Positions 9,453 to 19,123 of a stretch of 64,000 bases of DNA are shown here, piece after piece (the stretch's first letter is position 1; every line of letters starts with the position of its first letter). The notes beneath the pieces are model-generated. The model was not told the DNA's origin and did not search any database. It worked only from the letters and a program-made list of their open reading frames with translations. The DNA comes from Eubacteriales bacterium (GTDB lineage Bacteria > Bacillota > Clostridia > Oscillospirales > CAG-272). The position numbers and the translations under genes were made by a program. Location: contig JAZNZB010000090.1 of NCBI GenBank assembly GCA_045594705.1, positions 20,679 to 84,678 on the forward strand. The letters run 5' to 3'.

Positions 9453-10553
9453 TTACAAATATTTCTGAATGATTTGATTCATCTGATCCATTTTTTCTTC
9501 CATATCGGCAACCAGCTTGAACTGATTTCGCGCACGGTCAAGATTATGCTGCTCATATGCCGTTCTGAAATATGTATCTCCGTTCAGATAATCAGTCAGG
9601 AATCTGATACCCGTTTCTAAAGTCAGAATATATGCTCCCATAGGCAGTGAACGAATTTCCTCCTCGGTTAAGGAATGGTCAAGTCCGTCAATAAAGCCTT
9701 TTGCAAATGCATCAAACATTTCGAGCCGTACGTAGACCTTGTCAAGATCTGTTTCATCTTCGGCCGCAGAGGATGCACCGAATCGAATGCTGTCACCAAA
9801 ATCAGCCAAAACGGATCCGGGCATGACCGTATCAAGGTCAATGACACAAATGCCTTCACCGGACTCATCATCTAGCATGATATTATTCAACTTAGTGTCG
9901 TTATGCGTGACACGAAGTGGAATTCTGCCATCCGCTATTCTTTCATTGATATACCTGCAAGCATCTTTTCTTTGCAATACGAATGCAATCTCTTCACGCA
10001 CGGTTTCACGTCTGTTTGCGAGATCGTTTTCAATTGCATTTACAAGCTGGAGTAATCTGTCCTCTGTATTATGGAAATTCGGAATGGTTTCATACAGCAC
10101 AGAAGCATCAAAGTCTGCCAGCTGCTTCTGGAAATGACCGAAAGCCTTACCGACCTTTGTAAACATTTCCTCTGACTCTACTGCCTGATAACATGTGGCA
10201 TTCTCCACAAAGTTATACGCACGCCAATATTGGCCATTCTCGTCGATGTAAGCATAGCGACCATCATCGGTTAGGACAACATGGAGTGTACCGCGTTTAC
10301 TGTCTCCGCCGGATGCAATCAATTTGTCTTCGATGTGCTTTGTTACGTTGAGAATGTTCTGCATTACCTCATCGGGCTTCTTGAAAATAGAAGTATTGAC
10401 AATTTGCAGAACATAGCGATGAATACCGTCGTCTGCAGAACAATCTACAAAGTATGTTGAGTTAATATGGCCTGTTGTACACTCAGTTACTGAAATCGGT
10501 TCACCTTCAAACCGAAATTTTTCAGCAATCAGAAATATTTTTGCGTTATTCAT
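9453..10553 (-). CDS. nahK: N-acetylhexosamine 1-kinase-like anomeric sugar kinase (NahK/LnpB family, APH fold)
   Basis: GHINSTY, RVTHNDTKLNNIM, DLDTVMPGS and DFGDSIRFGAS closely match my recollection of Bifidobacterium NahK. Confidence 0.75.
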   Translation of the reverse strand: MNNAKIFLIAEKFRFEGEPISVTECTTGHINSTYFVDCSADDGIHRYVLQIVNTSIFKKPDEVMQNILNVTKHIEDKLIASGGDSKRGTLHVVLTDDGRYAYIDENGQYWRAYNFVENATCYQAVESEEMFTKVGKAFGHFQKQLADFDASVLYETIPNFHNTEDRLLQLVNAIENDLANRRETVREEIAFVLQRKDACRYINERIADGRIPLRVTHNDTKLNNIMLDDESGEGICVIDLDTVMPGSVLADFGDSIRFGASSAAEDETDLDKVYVRLEMFDAFAKGFIDGLDHSLTEEEIRSLPMGAYILTLETGIRFLTDYLNGDTYFRTAYEQHNLDRARNQFKLVADMEEKMDQMNQIIQKYL

Positions 10554-10583
10554 GAGATTCCTTTCAAGTATTATCTATTGTAA

Positions 10584-11480
10584 TTAATTCCAAAGACCTT
10601 TTGGATAAACGCCGTTTTCGATCATAGCGTGGATCGAGGATTTCACGTACTCCTTGTCTTCAGCATATGTCACACCGTACCATTGCGCATCGGTTGCGTA
10701 TACACGAACATCACACTTACCTGCCTTCATGAAATCATCAATTGCGCCGGGTAAATAGTACTCACTCTTTAACTCGTGTCCGCGTTTTTCCAAAAACGCT
10801 TGAAAGCCTTCGGAAATCATTGGAATTGCTCCCGGAGTCAATCCCCAAAAATTCATAGACACAACGGTTGACAAAGGCAGTTCTACCCATTCACCCTTGT
10901 CATTTATGTATGCGGCATTGTCGCTTTGCTTTTTGATATCGGTGCGCTCCGTGACGGAAGTTAACATACCATTCGCATCCACATAGCATTCACCTCTGGA
11001 AACCGTGCCGTTGTCGGTCAGTGTGTTGCCAAGTCTGTATCCAACCATACAATAATGCTCACCGCTTTCCATTTCCTTCAAATGATTGGCAGCCTTGACG
11101 AATGCATCTCTTCCGTAAAAATCGTCGGAGTTGATAACAGCAAAGTTCTCAGTAAGGTATTCACGTGCTGCATAAACTGCATGTGCTGTGCCCCAAGGCT
11201 TTGATCTTTCTTGCGGTACGCTGAACCCTTCCGGGATGTCGCACAGATCCTGGAATGCATAATATGTCTTGATATGAGAAGATACTCTCTGACCCACAGT
11301 TTGGGAAAACACCTCATAGTTTTCCTTTTTGATGATGAAAACAACTTTGTCAAATCCGGCCTGAATAGCATCATATACAGAAAAGTCAATAATGAACTCG
11401 CCGTTTTCCGTCATCGGATCAATTTGTTTGAGTCCTCCATAACGAGAACCCATACCTGCAGCCAGTATTGCCAATATCAT
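10584..11480 (-). CDS. Sugar-1-phosphate nucleotidyltransferase (GlmU/RmlA-fold)
   Basis: N-terminal LAAGMGSRYGGLKQ loop. The ATG at 11480 follows GGAGG at 7 nt, whereas the ORF track starts at 11513. Confidence 0.75.
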   Translation of the reverse strand: MILAILAAGMGSRYGGLKQIDPMTENGEFIIDFSVYDAIQAGFDKVVFIIKKENYEVFSQTVGQRVSSHIKTYYAFQDLCDIPEGFSVPQERSKPWGTAHAVYAAREYLTENFAVINSDDFYGRDAFVKAANHLKEMESGEHYCMVGYRLGNTLTDNGTVSRGECYVDANGMLTSVTERTDIKKQSDNAAYINDKGEWVELPLSTVVSMNFWGLTPGAIPMISEGFQAFLEKRGHELKSEYYLPGAIDDFMKAGKCDVRVYATDAQWYGVTYAEDKEYVKSSIHAMIENGVYPKGLWN

Positions 11481-11648
11481 AGTGTGCCTCCAAATGGTTA
11501 GTCTGCTCTGCATATCATTATACTACATAACATATAAAATTGCAATAAGAATATGTGAATTTTCCGCAGAATTCGTTCATATCCCATTGACAATGTCCGA
11601 CCTTTCATGTATAATAATAGTGTCTCAAATGATACACTCGGAGGTTTT

Positions 11649-12311
11649 ATGAAAGAGCTTTACGAAATACTTGAAAAGCTTCCAATTACTCAAGGCGCAC
11701 AAAATGAGTCCATTGCTCGTGCATGTAAGATTTGTATGCCGCAATTTCAAGAATATGTCAAAGGAGAAATGCTTCTGTCCCCCGGAGAATTCACACATAA
11801 GCTTTGCGTATTATGCGAAGGCAATGCTGTTGCATACAGTGCGGAGAATGGTCATTCTGTGGTGCTCAGAAGCTTTAAGCCTTATGAGCTATTCGGCATA
11901 TCTAATTTGTTTACTGACTCTCCTTTTGCTACCAAGGTGGTCGCGAAATCACCTTGCACTGTCTTGATTCTGGACAAAAGCTTTTTGTCTTATTTGATCG
12001 ACAATGACAAAACGGTGAGATATCAATATATCCGCTTTCTTGCTGAAAAAACTTTGTTTCTCAATCAAAAGATTGCATGCTTGACAGCGGGTTCTGCCGA
12101 AAAAAGGTTGGCGGTATGGTTGAATGCTCAGGCTAATAATGACTCGGTTTCTTTGGAAATGCCCTTGAATTCTCTATGTATGATGCTTGATATGGGACGT
12201 GCATCACTATATCGAGCATTTGATCAATTAGAGCAAGACGGCTTTATAAAACGAGACGGAAAACAAATTCTTTTGTATCATCGCGAAGACATGCTATCAT
12301 TTTATCACTAA
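11649..12311 (+). CDS. Crp/Fnr family transcriptional regulator
   Basis: The ATG at 11649 follows ggagg. It has a cNMP-binding-like N-terminal half and a C-terminal HTH (GRASLYRAFDQLEQDGFIKR). Confidence 0.8.
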   Translation: MKELYEILEKLPITQGAQNESIARACKICMPQFQEYVKGEMLLSPGEFTHKLCVLCEGNAVAYSAENGHSVVLRSFKPYELFGISNLFTDSPFATKVVAKSPCTVLILDKSFLSYLIDNDKTVRYQYIRFLAEKTLFLNQKIACLTAGSAEKRLAVWLNAQANNDSVSLEMPLNSLCMMLDMGRASLYRAFDQLEQDGFIKRDGKQILLYHREDMLSFYH

Positions 12312-12331
12312 AAAAGAAAGGACTTATCAAA

Positions 12332-13315
12332 ATGAAAGCCACGAAACTCCTCTCCCTTGTTTTAATCACTCTGCTTCTCTGCTCTGTATTTGCTGCCTGC
12401 AACAACGAAACAAAGCAACCCGAAACACCCAATGTCATGGTATTAAACGGTACCACCGGATTCGGCATGGCAAAATTGATTTCTGATAGTAAAAACAATG
12501 CAACCGCATATTCTTATAACTTTTCCGTAGAAACAGATGCTTCCAATATCACTGCAGCGCTGATCAGCGGGAACTGCGATATCGCAGCTCTGCCCACAAA
12601 TGCTGCTGCAAACGTTGCGCAAAAATCCAATGGCGGTATCAAGGTTATCGCTATCAATACACTTGGTGTATTGTACGTCATGAGCAACAAGGATACTCAG
12701 GAAATCAACAGCTTTGAAGATTTGCGCGGAAAAACTGTTTACTGCCCCGCACAAAACCCCACCTTCCTCTTTAAAGCGGTTTGCGAGGCAAACGGCCTGA
12801 AGGTTGGCGAGGACATCGTCATCGATAATACCTACGCCCAGCCTGCAGATTTGCGTACGGCACTTGTATCCGGTGTCGTGGATCTTGCTGTGCTGCCCGA
12901 GCCTATGATGACGATTGCGAAAAGTGCAAACTCTTCCTTGACCGCTTCCCTTGATTTGACCGCAGAATGGGAAAAGCATTTTCCCAAGGATTCTCTGATG
13001 CAGGGATGCCTTGTTGTGCGTACCGAATACTTGGAAAAGAACGAAACGCTTGTTAAGAAGTTTTTGGAAGAATATAAGGCTTCTATCGAATTTGTAAACC
13101 AAAATCCTACTGAAGCCGGCAACATGATCGTGGAAGCGGGTATTTTCGGTCAAGCTCCCGTAGCAGCCAAGGCAATTCCCAACTCCAATATTTGCTATAT
13201 TGACGGAGCGGACATGAAGGCGGGCCTGCAAAAATTCTATGAAGTGCTTCTGGCAACTGCGCCTGCGTCGATAGGTAATGCGCTTCCGACCGAGGACTTC
13301 TACTATGTCCCCTAA
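12332..13315 (+). CDS. ABC transporter substrate-binding lipoprotein (NMT1/SsuA/TauA-like)
   Basis: Signal peptide with lipobox VFAAC. Operon context with a permease and an ATPase. Confidence 0.75.
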   Translation: MKATKLLSLVLITLLLCSVFAACNNETKQPETPNVMVLNGTTGFGMAKLISDSKNNATAYSYNFSVETDASNITAALISGNCDIAALPTNAAANVAQKSNGGIKVIAINTLGVLYVMSNKDTQEINSFEDLRGKTVYCPAQNPTFLFKAVCEANGLKVGEDIVIDNTYAQPADLRTALVSGVVDLAVLPEPMMTIAKSANSSLTASLDLTAEWEKHFPKDSLMQGCLVVRTEYLEKNETLVKKFLEEYKASIEFVNQNPTEAGNMIVEAGIFGQAPVAAKAIPNSNICYIDGADMKAGLQKFYEVLLATAPASIGNALPTEDFYYVP

Positions 13316-13321
13316 ATCTTT

Positions 13322-14089
13322 ATGAAACGAATACTCAAATATTCGCTTATCGTGTTGTTTTGGCTGGGGGTCTGGTGGATTGTATCTGCAATCGTCAATT
13401 TGCCTTTGATATTACCTTCTCCACTCGACGTATTGGCCAAGCTGACCGGTATGGCAGCGACATCTGTCTTTTGGAAGGTTTTGATCACAAGTGCCGTACG
13501 CGTCACTATCGGAATCGTTCTTTCATATGTCGGCGGCTTTTTGTTGGCAATTTTCTGCCATAAAGTCAAGTTCTTTTATGATTTGGTATTACCTATCATA
13601 TCCGTAATCAAAACGACGCCTGTTTCTTCATTCATCCTCATCGCGCTCGTATTCTTCAACCGCGATTTGATTCCCGGCGCAATCGCTGCATTGATGGTGC
13701 TTCCTGTTGTATTTTCCAATACAACAGAGGGACTGTCGTCCCCAAATCCTGCACTTTTGGAAACTGCTCATGCTTACAAATTGAGTTTTACCGATCGCGT
13801 GCGCTGCATCTGGATTCCTACGCTTCGTCCGTTTTTGGTTTCCGCAGCGGGTGCCTGTGCAGGTCTGGCCATAAAAGCCGGTATCGCTGCAGAAGTGCTG
13901 ATATGCCCTGAGGTTTCTGTGGGCAGGTATATGTATTTTTCCAAGCAGAACATGGAATACGTTGAACTCTTTGCATGGACGGTTGCGATTGTGATTTTCA
14001 GCTATATTGTAGATCTCGTGTTCAAACAGATCTTGATCTGTGTAAAAAAATCAGCGCGAAAGGAGGCCTCGATCAATGATCGTTCGTGA
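13322..14089 (+). CDS. ABC transporter permease (SsuC/TauC-like)
   Basis: 255-aa polytopic membrane protein between the binding protein and the ATPase. Confidence 0.8.
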   Translation: MKRILKYSLIVLFWLGVWWIVSAIVNLPLILPSPLDVLAKLTGMAATSVFWKVLITSAVRVTIGIVLSYVGGFLLAIFCHKVKFFYDLVLPIISVIKTTPVSSFILIALVFFNRDLIPGAIAALMVLPVVFSNTTEGLSSPNPALLETAHAYKLSFTDRVRCIWIPTLRPFLVSAAGACAGLAIKAGIAAEVLICPEVSVGRYMYFSKQNMEYVELFAWTVAIVIFSYIVDLVFKQILICVKKSARKEASINDRS

Positions 14090-14642
14090 TCTTCACTTCT
14101 CCTTTGCTGACTCCGAAATTTTTGACGGATTGAATTTGGACATCGCAGATGGACGAATTACAGCAATCATGGCACCCTCTGGAAAAGGAAAATCAACCCT
14201 GCTTCGCTTGATAGCAGGCTTGCTTACGCCGACACGCGGGTCTATTGACACAAACGGCCGGTCTGTGGGTATCATGTTTCAAGAGCCGAGATTGTTCCCT
14301 GAATTGACAGTATTGCAAAACATCATGCTTGTGATGAATCAAAAGCACGGTAAAAAAGAACGTGCCATACAATTGCTTTCAGCGTTTGACATATCGGAAG
14401 CAGCTGACAAATATCCGGAAGAGCTGTCAGGCGGTATGGCGAAACGGGTCTCTTTGGCCAGGATCATTGCCTATGACGCAGAAGTATTACTGTTGGATGA
14501 ACCATTTTCTGCGCTTGATCTCAATACGAAAGCCCACGTGATGAACCAAACTAAGCAGCTTGTCGCGGATAAAACAGTCATTCTTGTTACTCATGACAAG
14601 GAAGAAGCCGATAATTTTGCTGATTTTTTGATAGAACTCTAA
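14076..14642 (+). CDS. ABC transporter ATP-binding protein (compact, 188 aa)
   Basis: Walker A PSGKGKST, signature LSGGMAKR, Walker B LLLDEP and H-loop VTHD. It overlaps the permease end by 14 nt. Confidence 0.88.
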   Translation: MIVRDLHFSFADSEIFDGLNLDIADGRITAIMAPSGKGKSTLLRLIAGLLTPTRGSIDTNGRSVGIMFQEPRLFPELTVLQNIMLVMNQKHGKKERAIQLLSAFDISEAADKYPEELSGGMAKRVSLARIIAYDAEVLLLDEPFSALDLNTKAHVMNQTKQLVADKTVILVTHDKEEADNFADFLIEL

Positions 14643-14669
14643 TAATCCTATTTACCTGTATATAAGAAA

Positions 14670-14701
14670 ATCCCCTTGTGACCTTTGTCATAAGGGGATT
14701 A
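14670..14701. terminator. Hairpin between the convergent ABC operon and the DUF2974-like gene
   Basis: aatcccctt / aaggggatt stem. The T-rich tract is better on the minus-strand side (tttcttatat). Confidence 0.6.
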
Positions 14702-14704
14702 ATC

Positions 14705-15817
14705 TTATTTAGGAATATTTTCAAAATCCTTTGGGCTTGTCATGCCGATATCGAGTAATTCGGCGATCAGTAAAAGCATAAGCTCTCTTTCTCTTTTATC
14801 AAGATCATTAAACGTTTTGATCATTGTGATAATATTTTTCAGGCTACGTGCGTTCAGCTCTGATAATGTCTTAACACCTGTTGATTCAAGCATTCCGAAA
14901 AGCACATCTACGAAATGTTTTCTTGCTTCAACAGGAAGCGCGTGAATTCTTTCGTTGAGAAGGATCGTATTGATTGCATCATTTCCTATCTTGGACTCTC
15001 GAACAAAACTGCCGCCCATTACCTGCCACGACATACCGTCATGTTGGAATACACCGACTTGTTTGCTCTTGACAACACGAAGCTTTCCCCTGTTTTCAAA
15101 GAACATTCCGACGACGGAATTCTGTGGCATGTACACGTGGAATTTCGATTCAGCTGCATTATACTCGGGCAACTCGGTTATCGCTTTTGAAAGCCCGGGG
15201 CCATCGTTGCTAAAGGAGGCAATTATACGATTTTTGTGTAACGGATCACATTTCACTGTTGCATATAGCGCAAGATGACCGCCTTTGGAATGCCCTCCTA
15301 TATAGAAGTTCCCTGCTTGTGCTGATATGACAGCATTCACATATTCTACCACGCGCTTGTGCGACGGAATCTCATCCAAAAATGACAAATTAAAATCTTC
15401 TTTCCATCCAACAATGGTATCGTCAGTGCCTCGAATGCTGATATAAGACATTTTTTCTTTGAATCTGATTGTGATTGCGCTGAACTGCTTTTCTTCTTCA
15501 AAATCAATTTCATTGATGTAAGCGGAAAGCTGCAGGTCTGCAAATCGTTTACAGTTTGCCATCATTCGAAACATTTTGTAGGTTTGATGAGAAATGATCA
15601 ATCCGGGACGCTGATTCTTTTTGATGTCATTCTCAAAGAAAAACTGCATAGCTGCTTGCTTAATCGTAACAGGCGGCGCTGAGGGATCGGAAGACACAAT
15701 GCCGGAAAAGTCAACAAACGCTAGTTGCGAAAGAATCAGATTATCAACCTCATTGAGCTTGACTTGATCGAACGTCAAATCACCGCGCCAATTTAAATAG
15801 TCTATGATGTTAGCCAT
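14705..15817 (-). CDS. Mbeg1-like / DUF2974-type alpha/beta-hydrolase (lipase-like) protein
   Basis: N-terminal NIIDYLNWRGDLTF and the GGHSKGG nucleophile-elbow motif. The ATG at 15817 follows aaaggaga, whereas the ORF track starts at a TTG at 15841. Confidence 0.65.
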   Translation of the reverse strand: MANIIDYLNWRGDLTFDQVKLNEVDNLILSQLAFVDFSGIVSSDPSAPPVTIKQAAMQFFFENDIKKNQRPGLIISHQTYKMFRMMANCKRFADLQLSAYINEIDFEEEKQFSAITIRFKEKMSYISIRGTDDTIVGWKEDFNLSFLDEIPSHKRVVEYVNAVISAQAGNFYIGGHSKGGHLALYATVKCDPLHKNRIIASFSNDGPGLSKAITELPEYNAAESKFHVYMPQNSVVGMFFENRGKLRVVKSKQVGVFQHDGMSWQVMGGSFVRESKIGNDAINTILLNERIHALPVEARKHFVDVLFGMLESTGVKTLSELNARSLKNIITMIKTFNDLDKRERELMLLLIAELLDIGMTSPKDFENIPK

Positions 15818-15845
15818 GCTATTCTCCTTTCTGAGATTCAAAGTG

Positions 15846-18437
15846 TCAAATGGTTACTGCACGGTAAGTGCCTGAGCCGACAAAGCAGGTCTCGTCCAAA
15901 GGACATGTGATATGCGTGCCGTCTGCCGCTGTGATTTCCACGCCTTCTGAAAACGACATGATACAATGCGTGTTTGCCGGCACTGTGACCTCGTAAACGT
16001 ATCCGTTTTCGCTCTTATGAGCAGAGACGGTGATCTTGCCGTACATAGAATCGTATGTAATATCGACATGATCAACACCCGTTACGTGATACGGCTTGAC
16101 AACAAATGTTTTAAAACCGGGCTCAGCGGGCTGCAATCCGCCGAGATAAGCATAATAAATGTAGGCAAATCCGCTGTGCATGGGGTGATTATAGGAAGGA
16201 ATGCACTTGGTACGATCGGTGTCAATATGGTGCATATCGAGCTGCTCCCAAACGGAAGTTCCTCCATCGTCCATCATGGTACCGAAACTCGTATGTCTGC
16301 GATTGAACAGAATTTCCATTGCCATATCGCCCATACCCTCTTCAAAGAGCAGCGGAATGAGGTACTTGTTGCCGTAAATTCCCGTACTCATTGCGTAATC
16401 ATCTGCTATGATACAATCATGTAAGGATTTGAGCAACAGATCTCTGTCATATTCGGGATGAACGCCAAGCGTCAGCGCAACGGCGTCGGACGCCCAGGTT
16501 CCATACGTATGATTATCATAATCATAGAAATGTCGGATAAAGGACTCGCTGATACAATCCGCAAGATCAGTATAATATTTTGCATTGCCATAACCGAACT
16601 GATTGCTCAACTCAGCCATTTTGATGCAAATTTCATAGAACATCAAGGTGGAGGAGTGAGCCACGGGAATTCTTCTTGCGCTTCCCTCACCTCCGGGAGG
16701 ACACCAGTCTCCAAGACCTTCGGAGATGATGTAATCCTCCGATCGTGCAAGCTCATGCTCAACCCATGCCTGCATCAGATCCCAATTTCGGGTGACAGCG
16801 GCAGAGTCGTTGTAATAATGATACATCCAATAAGGAATGATAATTTGGGCGCACCCCCAGAGCGGAGATGCTTCGCCGCAGCCGCGCTTGCCGGGTGAGA
16901 TCATTTGCCACGTGCCATACACGTCCTTTTCTGTGCGGATATCGCTCAGATACTTTTCGTAAGACGCTATCATGTCATAATTCATCATGCCCGTATTGCA
17001 AACAATTTGGGCATCACCAAGCCAACCGCATTTTTCGCGCGCAGGACAGTCTTCGGGCAAACCGTGATAGTTGGAACGGAAGGTGCGACAAATGATCTCA
17101 TGAAGCAAATTCAGATCCTTTGAGGAGGACTTGAATGAACCGATCTGATTAAAATCAGTAGAGAGCGCACATCCAACGACAAAATCAATATCCGGTTGCC
17201 TGCCGTATTCATGGCAATAATCAACACCGGTAACTTCGATGTATCTGAAGCCGTGATAGGTAAATCTCGGACGCCAGATCTCACCGTCCTCGTCTCCGCG
17301 AGCGATATAAATATCCTGCTGTACGCATTGAGTTGCAAATCCACCGGTTGAACGATAATCCGGCTGACCGGAAGCACTCAGGGTTTCTGCGTATCTGAAA
17401 ACGTAAAGCTTTCCCTTTGAGGAACGCGGTAAATGAAACTCGGCAACACCTGCAAAGTTTTCTCCCAGGTCAATAATCCACGCACTGTCATCCTTACCGG
17501 TAGCAGGCGTTACACTCTTAGCCGGAATGCGCTTGATAATTCTGACAGGAGGCATATTACAGGGCTTAAGCTCTCCTTTGGGAGTATGATCGATGACACA
17601 GTTCAGCCACCCGGCGTCGCTGCTGTCGGCATTTGCGAAATCGGGCGTTTCAAGTCTGGCGTCATACGTTTCACCATTGTAAATATTGTTATGCGAAATC
17701 GGGCTGTTTTTACATTTCCAGGTCGTATCGGTGACCACTGCTTCTCTGGTGCCGTCTTCGTACTCGATTTCAAGACGCGCAATCAAGCAAACGGGGCCGT
17801 AACTGAAGCCGCCGTAGGTCCATACCTGGCTTTGAGCGTAAAAGCCTTCTCCGAGCCATGCTGCAATTGCGTTTTTTTGCGTGATGAGCTTTGTTACGTC
17901 ATATGAGCGGTATAAAACCTCTTTTTCATAATTCGACTGCGGAGGATCGATGTAGTCGTCTGCGATTTTCTTGCCGTTGATATAGTATTCTGCACAGCCA
18001 AGGCCACAGGCATATAGGGTTGCGCGGCGAATTCCGTCTTTCGCGTCAAACTTTTTTCTCAGGTAAGGTGCCCAGCTGACGATCGGATCAGACGAGGTGA
18101 TCCATTCAGCCTGCCACATATCGGGGTAAAGCTCAGTTGCAAATGAAAGTGTGGAAACTGCGGTTTGACCATAATTGTCTTTGACACAAAGATTCCATTG
18201 GTATTCGGTAGCCGGTTGCAAGAACAGCTCTTCGAACGTGATATCGCAACAGGCATCCCCTTCGATGGTGTCGGAATCAAACACAAGCTCTTTGTCCTTG
18301 GATATCGTTACGCGATAGGTCTTTTGAACTACATTGCTTTGATCAGAATCAATTTTCCAGGAAAATCTTAAGCCATGTGTTCTGGCAATTGTTGGTGTTG
18401 CATTATTGTCGATTTTTAAATCATAAATCTGAAGCAT
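15846..18437 (-). CDS. Alpha-L-rhamnosidase (GH78), copy 1
   Basis: 863 aa. EDCPAREKCGWLGDAQI is the GH78 DCPxREkxGWxGD motif. RBS gggaggtaaatATG. Confidence 0.85.
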   Translation of the reverse strand: MLQIYDLKIDNNATPTIARTHGLRFSWKIDSDQSNVVQKTYRVTISKDKELVFDSDTIEGDACCDITFEELFLQPATEYQWNLCVKDNYGQTAVSTLSFATELYPDMWQAEWITSSDPIVSWAPYLRKKFDAKDGIRRATLYACGLGCAEYYINGKKIADDYIDPPQSNYEKEVLYRSYDVTKLITQKNAIAAWLGEGFYAQSQVWTYGGFSYGPVCLIARLEIEYEDGTREAVVTDTTWKCKNSPISHNNIYNGETYDARLETPDFANADSSDAGWLNCVIDHTPKGELKPCNMPPVRIIKRIPAKSVTPATGKDDSAWIIDLGENFAGVAEFHLPRSSKGKLYVFRYAETLSASGQPDYRSTGGFATQCVQQDIYIARGDEDGEIWRPRFTYHGFRYIEVTGVDYCHEYGRQPDIDFVVGCALSTDFNQIGSFKSSSKDLNLLHEIICRTFRSNYHGLPEDCPAREKCGWLGDAQIVCNTGMMNYDMIASYEKYLSDIRTEKDVYGTWQMISPGKRGCGEASPLWGCAQIIIPYWMYHYYNDSAAVTRNWDLMQAWVEHELARSEDYIISEGLGDWCPPGGEGSARRIPVAHSSTLMFYEICIKMAELSNQFGYGNAKYYTDLADCISESFIRHFYDYDNHTYGTWASDAVALTLGVHPEYDRDLLLKSLHDCIIADDYAMSTGIYGNKYLIPLLFEEGMGDMAMEILFNRRHTSFGTMMDDGGTSVWEQLDMHHIDTDRTKCIPSYNHPMHSGFAYIYYAYLGGLQPAEPGFKTFVVKPYHVTGVDHVDITYDSMYGKITVSAHKSENGYVYEVTVPANTHCIMSFSEGVEITAADGTHITCPLDETCFVGSGTYRAVTI

Positions 18438-18470
18438 ATTTACCTCCCGATCGGAATATTGACTATCTAT

Positions 18471-18499
18471 ATTATAACAGACTTTTTGCCGGTAGTCAA
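18471..18499 (-). promoter_or_regulatory. SigA-type promoter of GH78 copy 1
   Basis: Minus strand reads TTGACT (18499-18494), 17 nt, TATAAT (18476-18471). Confidence 0.65.
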
Positions 18500-19041
18500 T
18501 TTGATTACTGAATTCTTTATTTATTATTTTTAGAATGTTTTTGAATTGGGCTTATTTCACAATTTTTGGGGAAGATTTATTTTGTTGTTTAGACTGCTCA
18601 AGGCCAATCTGCGCTAATTGTGCATAATGACGACTCTGCAGCGTGCGCGCCCACCACGACAAAACGAGCTTTTGCGTTTTAGCAGCAGATTGGTGCAACT
18701 GCTACGAAAACTGATCTCTTTCTTTCGCGGATCGCCAAATACCTTATAATATAAAGGAATATAGGTGTTCAGAAAGAGTATAGCATACTTAACATACGGG
18801 CGACGCGACGTTTACGGGCCGCTTTTGCACCTCTTTTTCGTTGTTTTTAACACGACAAAAGTGTCGTGTTGATCAGATCTGAAGTCTCGGTGCATTCGTG
18901 CTATAAAAACGATCATAATTTTAAAAAATCATCGAAAATATATGCGAAAAACGGCATAATATCATAAAAATATAGAAAAATAAGAAAATAGTACTATGTT
19001 ACGAATTTCATGCTTTCGAAGAGCATTTTTCATGAATTGTA

Positions 19042-19070
19042 TTGACAAAACTGTATGATTCGTATAAAAT
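19042..19070 (+). promoter_or_regulatory. SigA-type promoter of the LRR gene
   Basis: TTGACA (19042-19047), 17 nt, TAAAAT (19065-19070). Confidence 0.6.
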
Positions 19071-19123
19071 GAATGCACGGTGAAACGTGTATTTCACAAT
19101 TCAGAAGAAAGTGAGGATTTGTC

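Noticed and set aside
18604-18693. A 9-bp inverted repeat CCAATCTGC / GCAGATTGG, 72 nt apart, considered as a possible RNA stem.
   Set aside because: My rough estimate is that about one 9-bp inverted repeat is expected by chance in a 686-bp stretch. No supporting inner helices were convincing.
18627-18749. A 40-codon Arg-rich frame (MTTLQRARPPRQNELLRF...) in the ORF-free region.
   Set aside because: There is no Shine-Dalgarno sequence upstream and no recognisable family. It is kept only as part of the broader note on that region.
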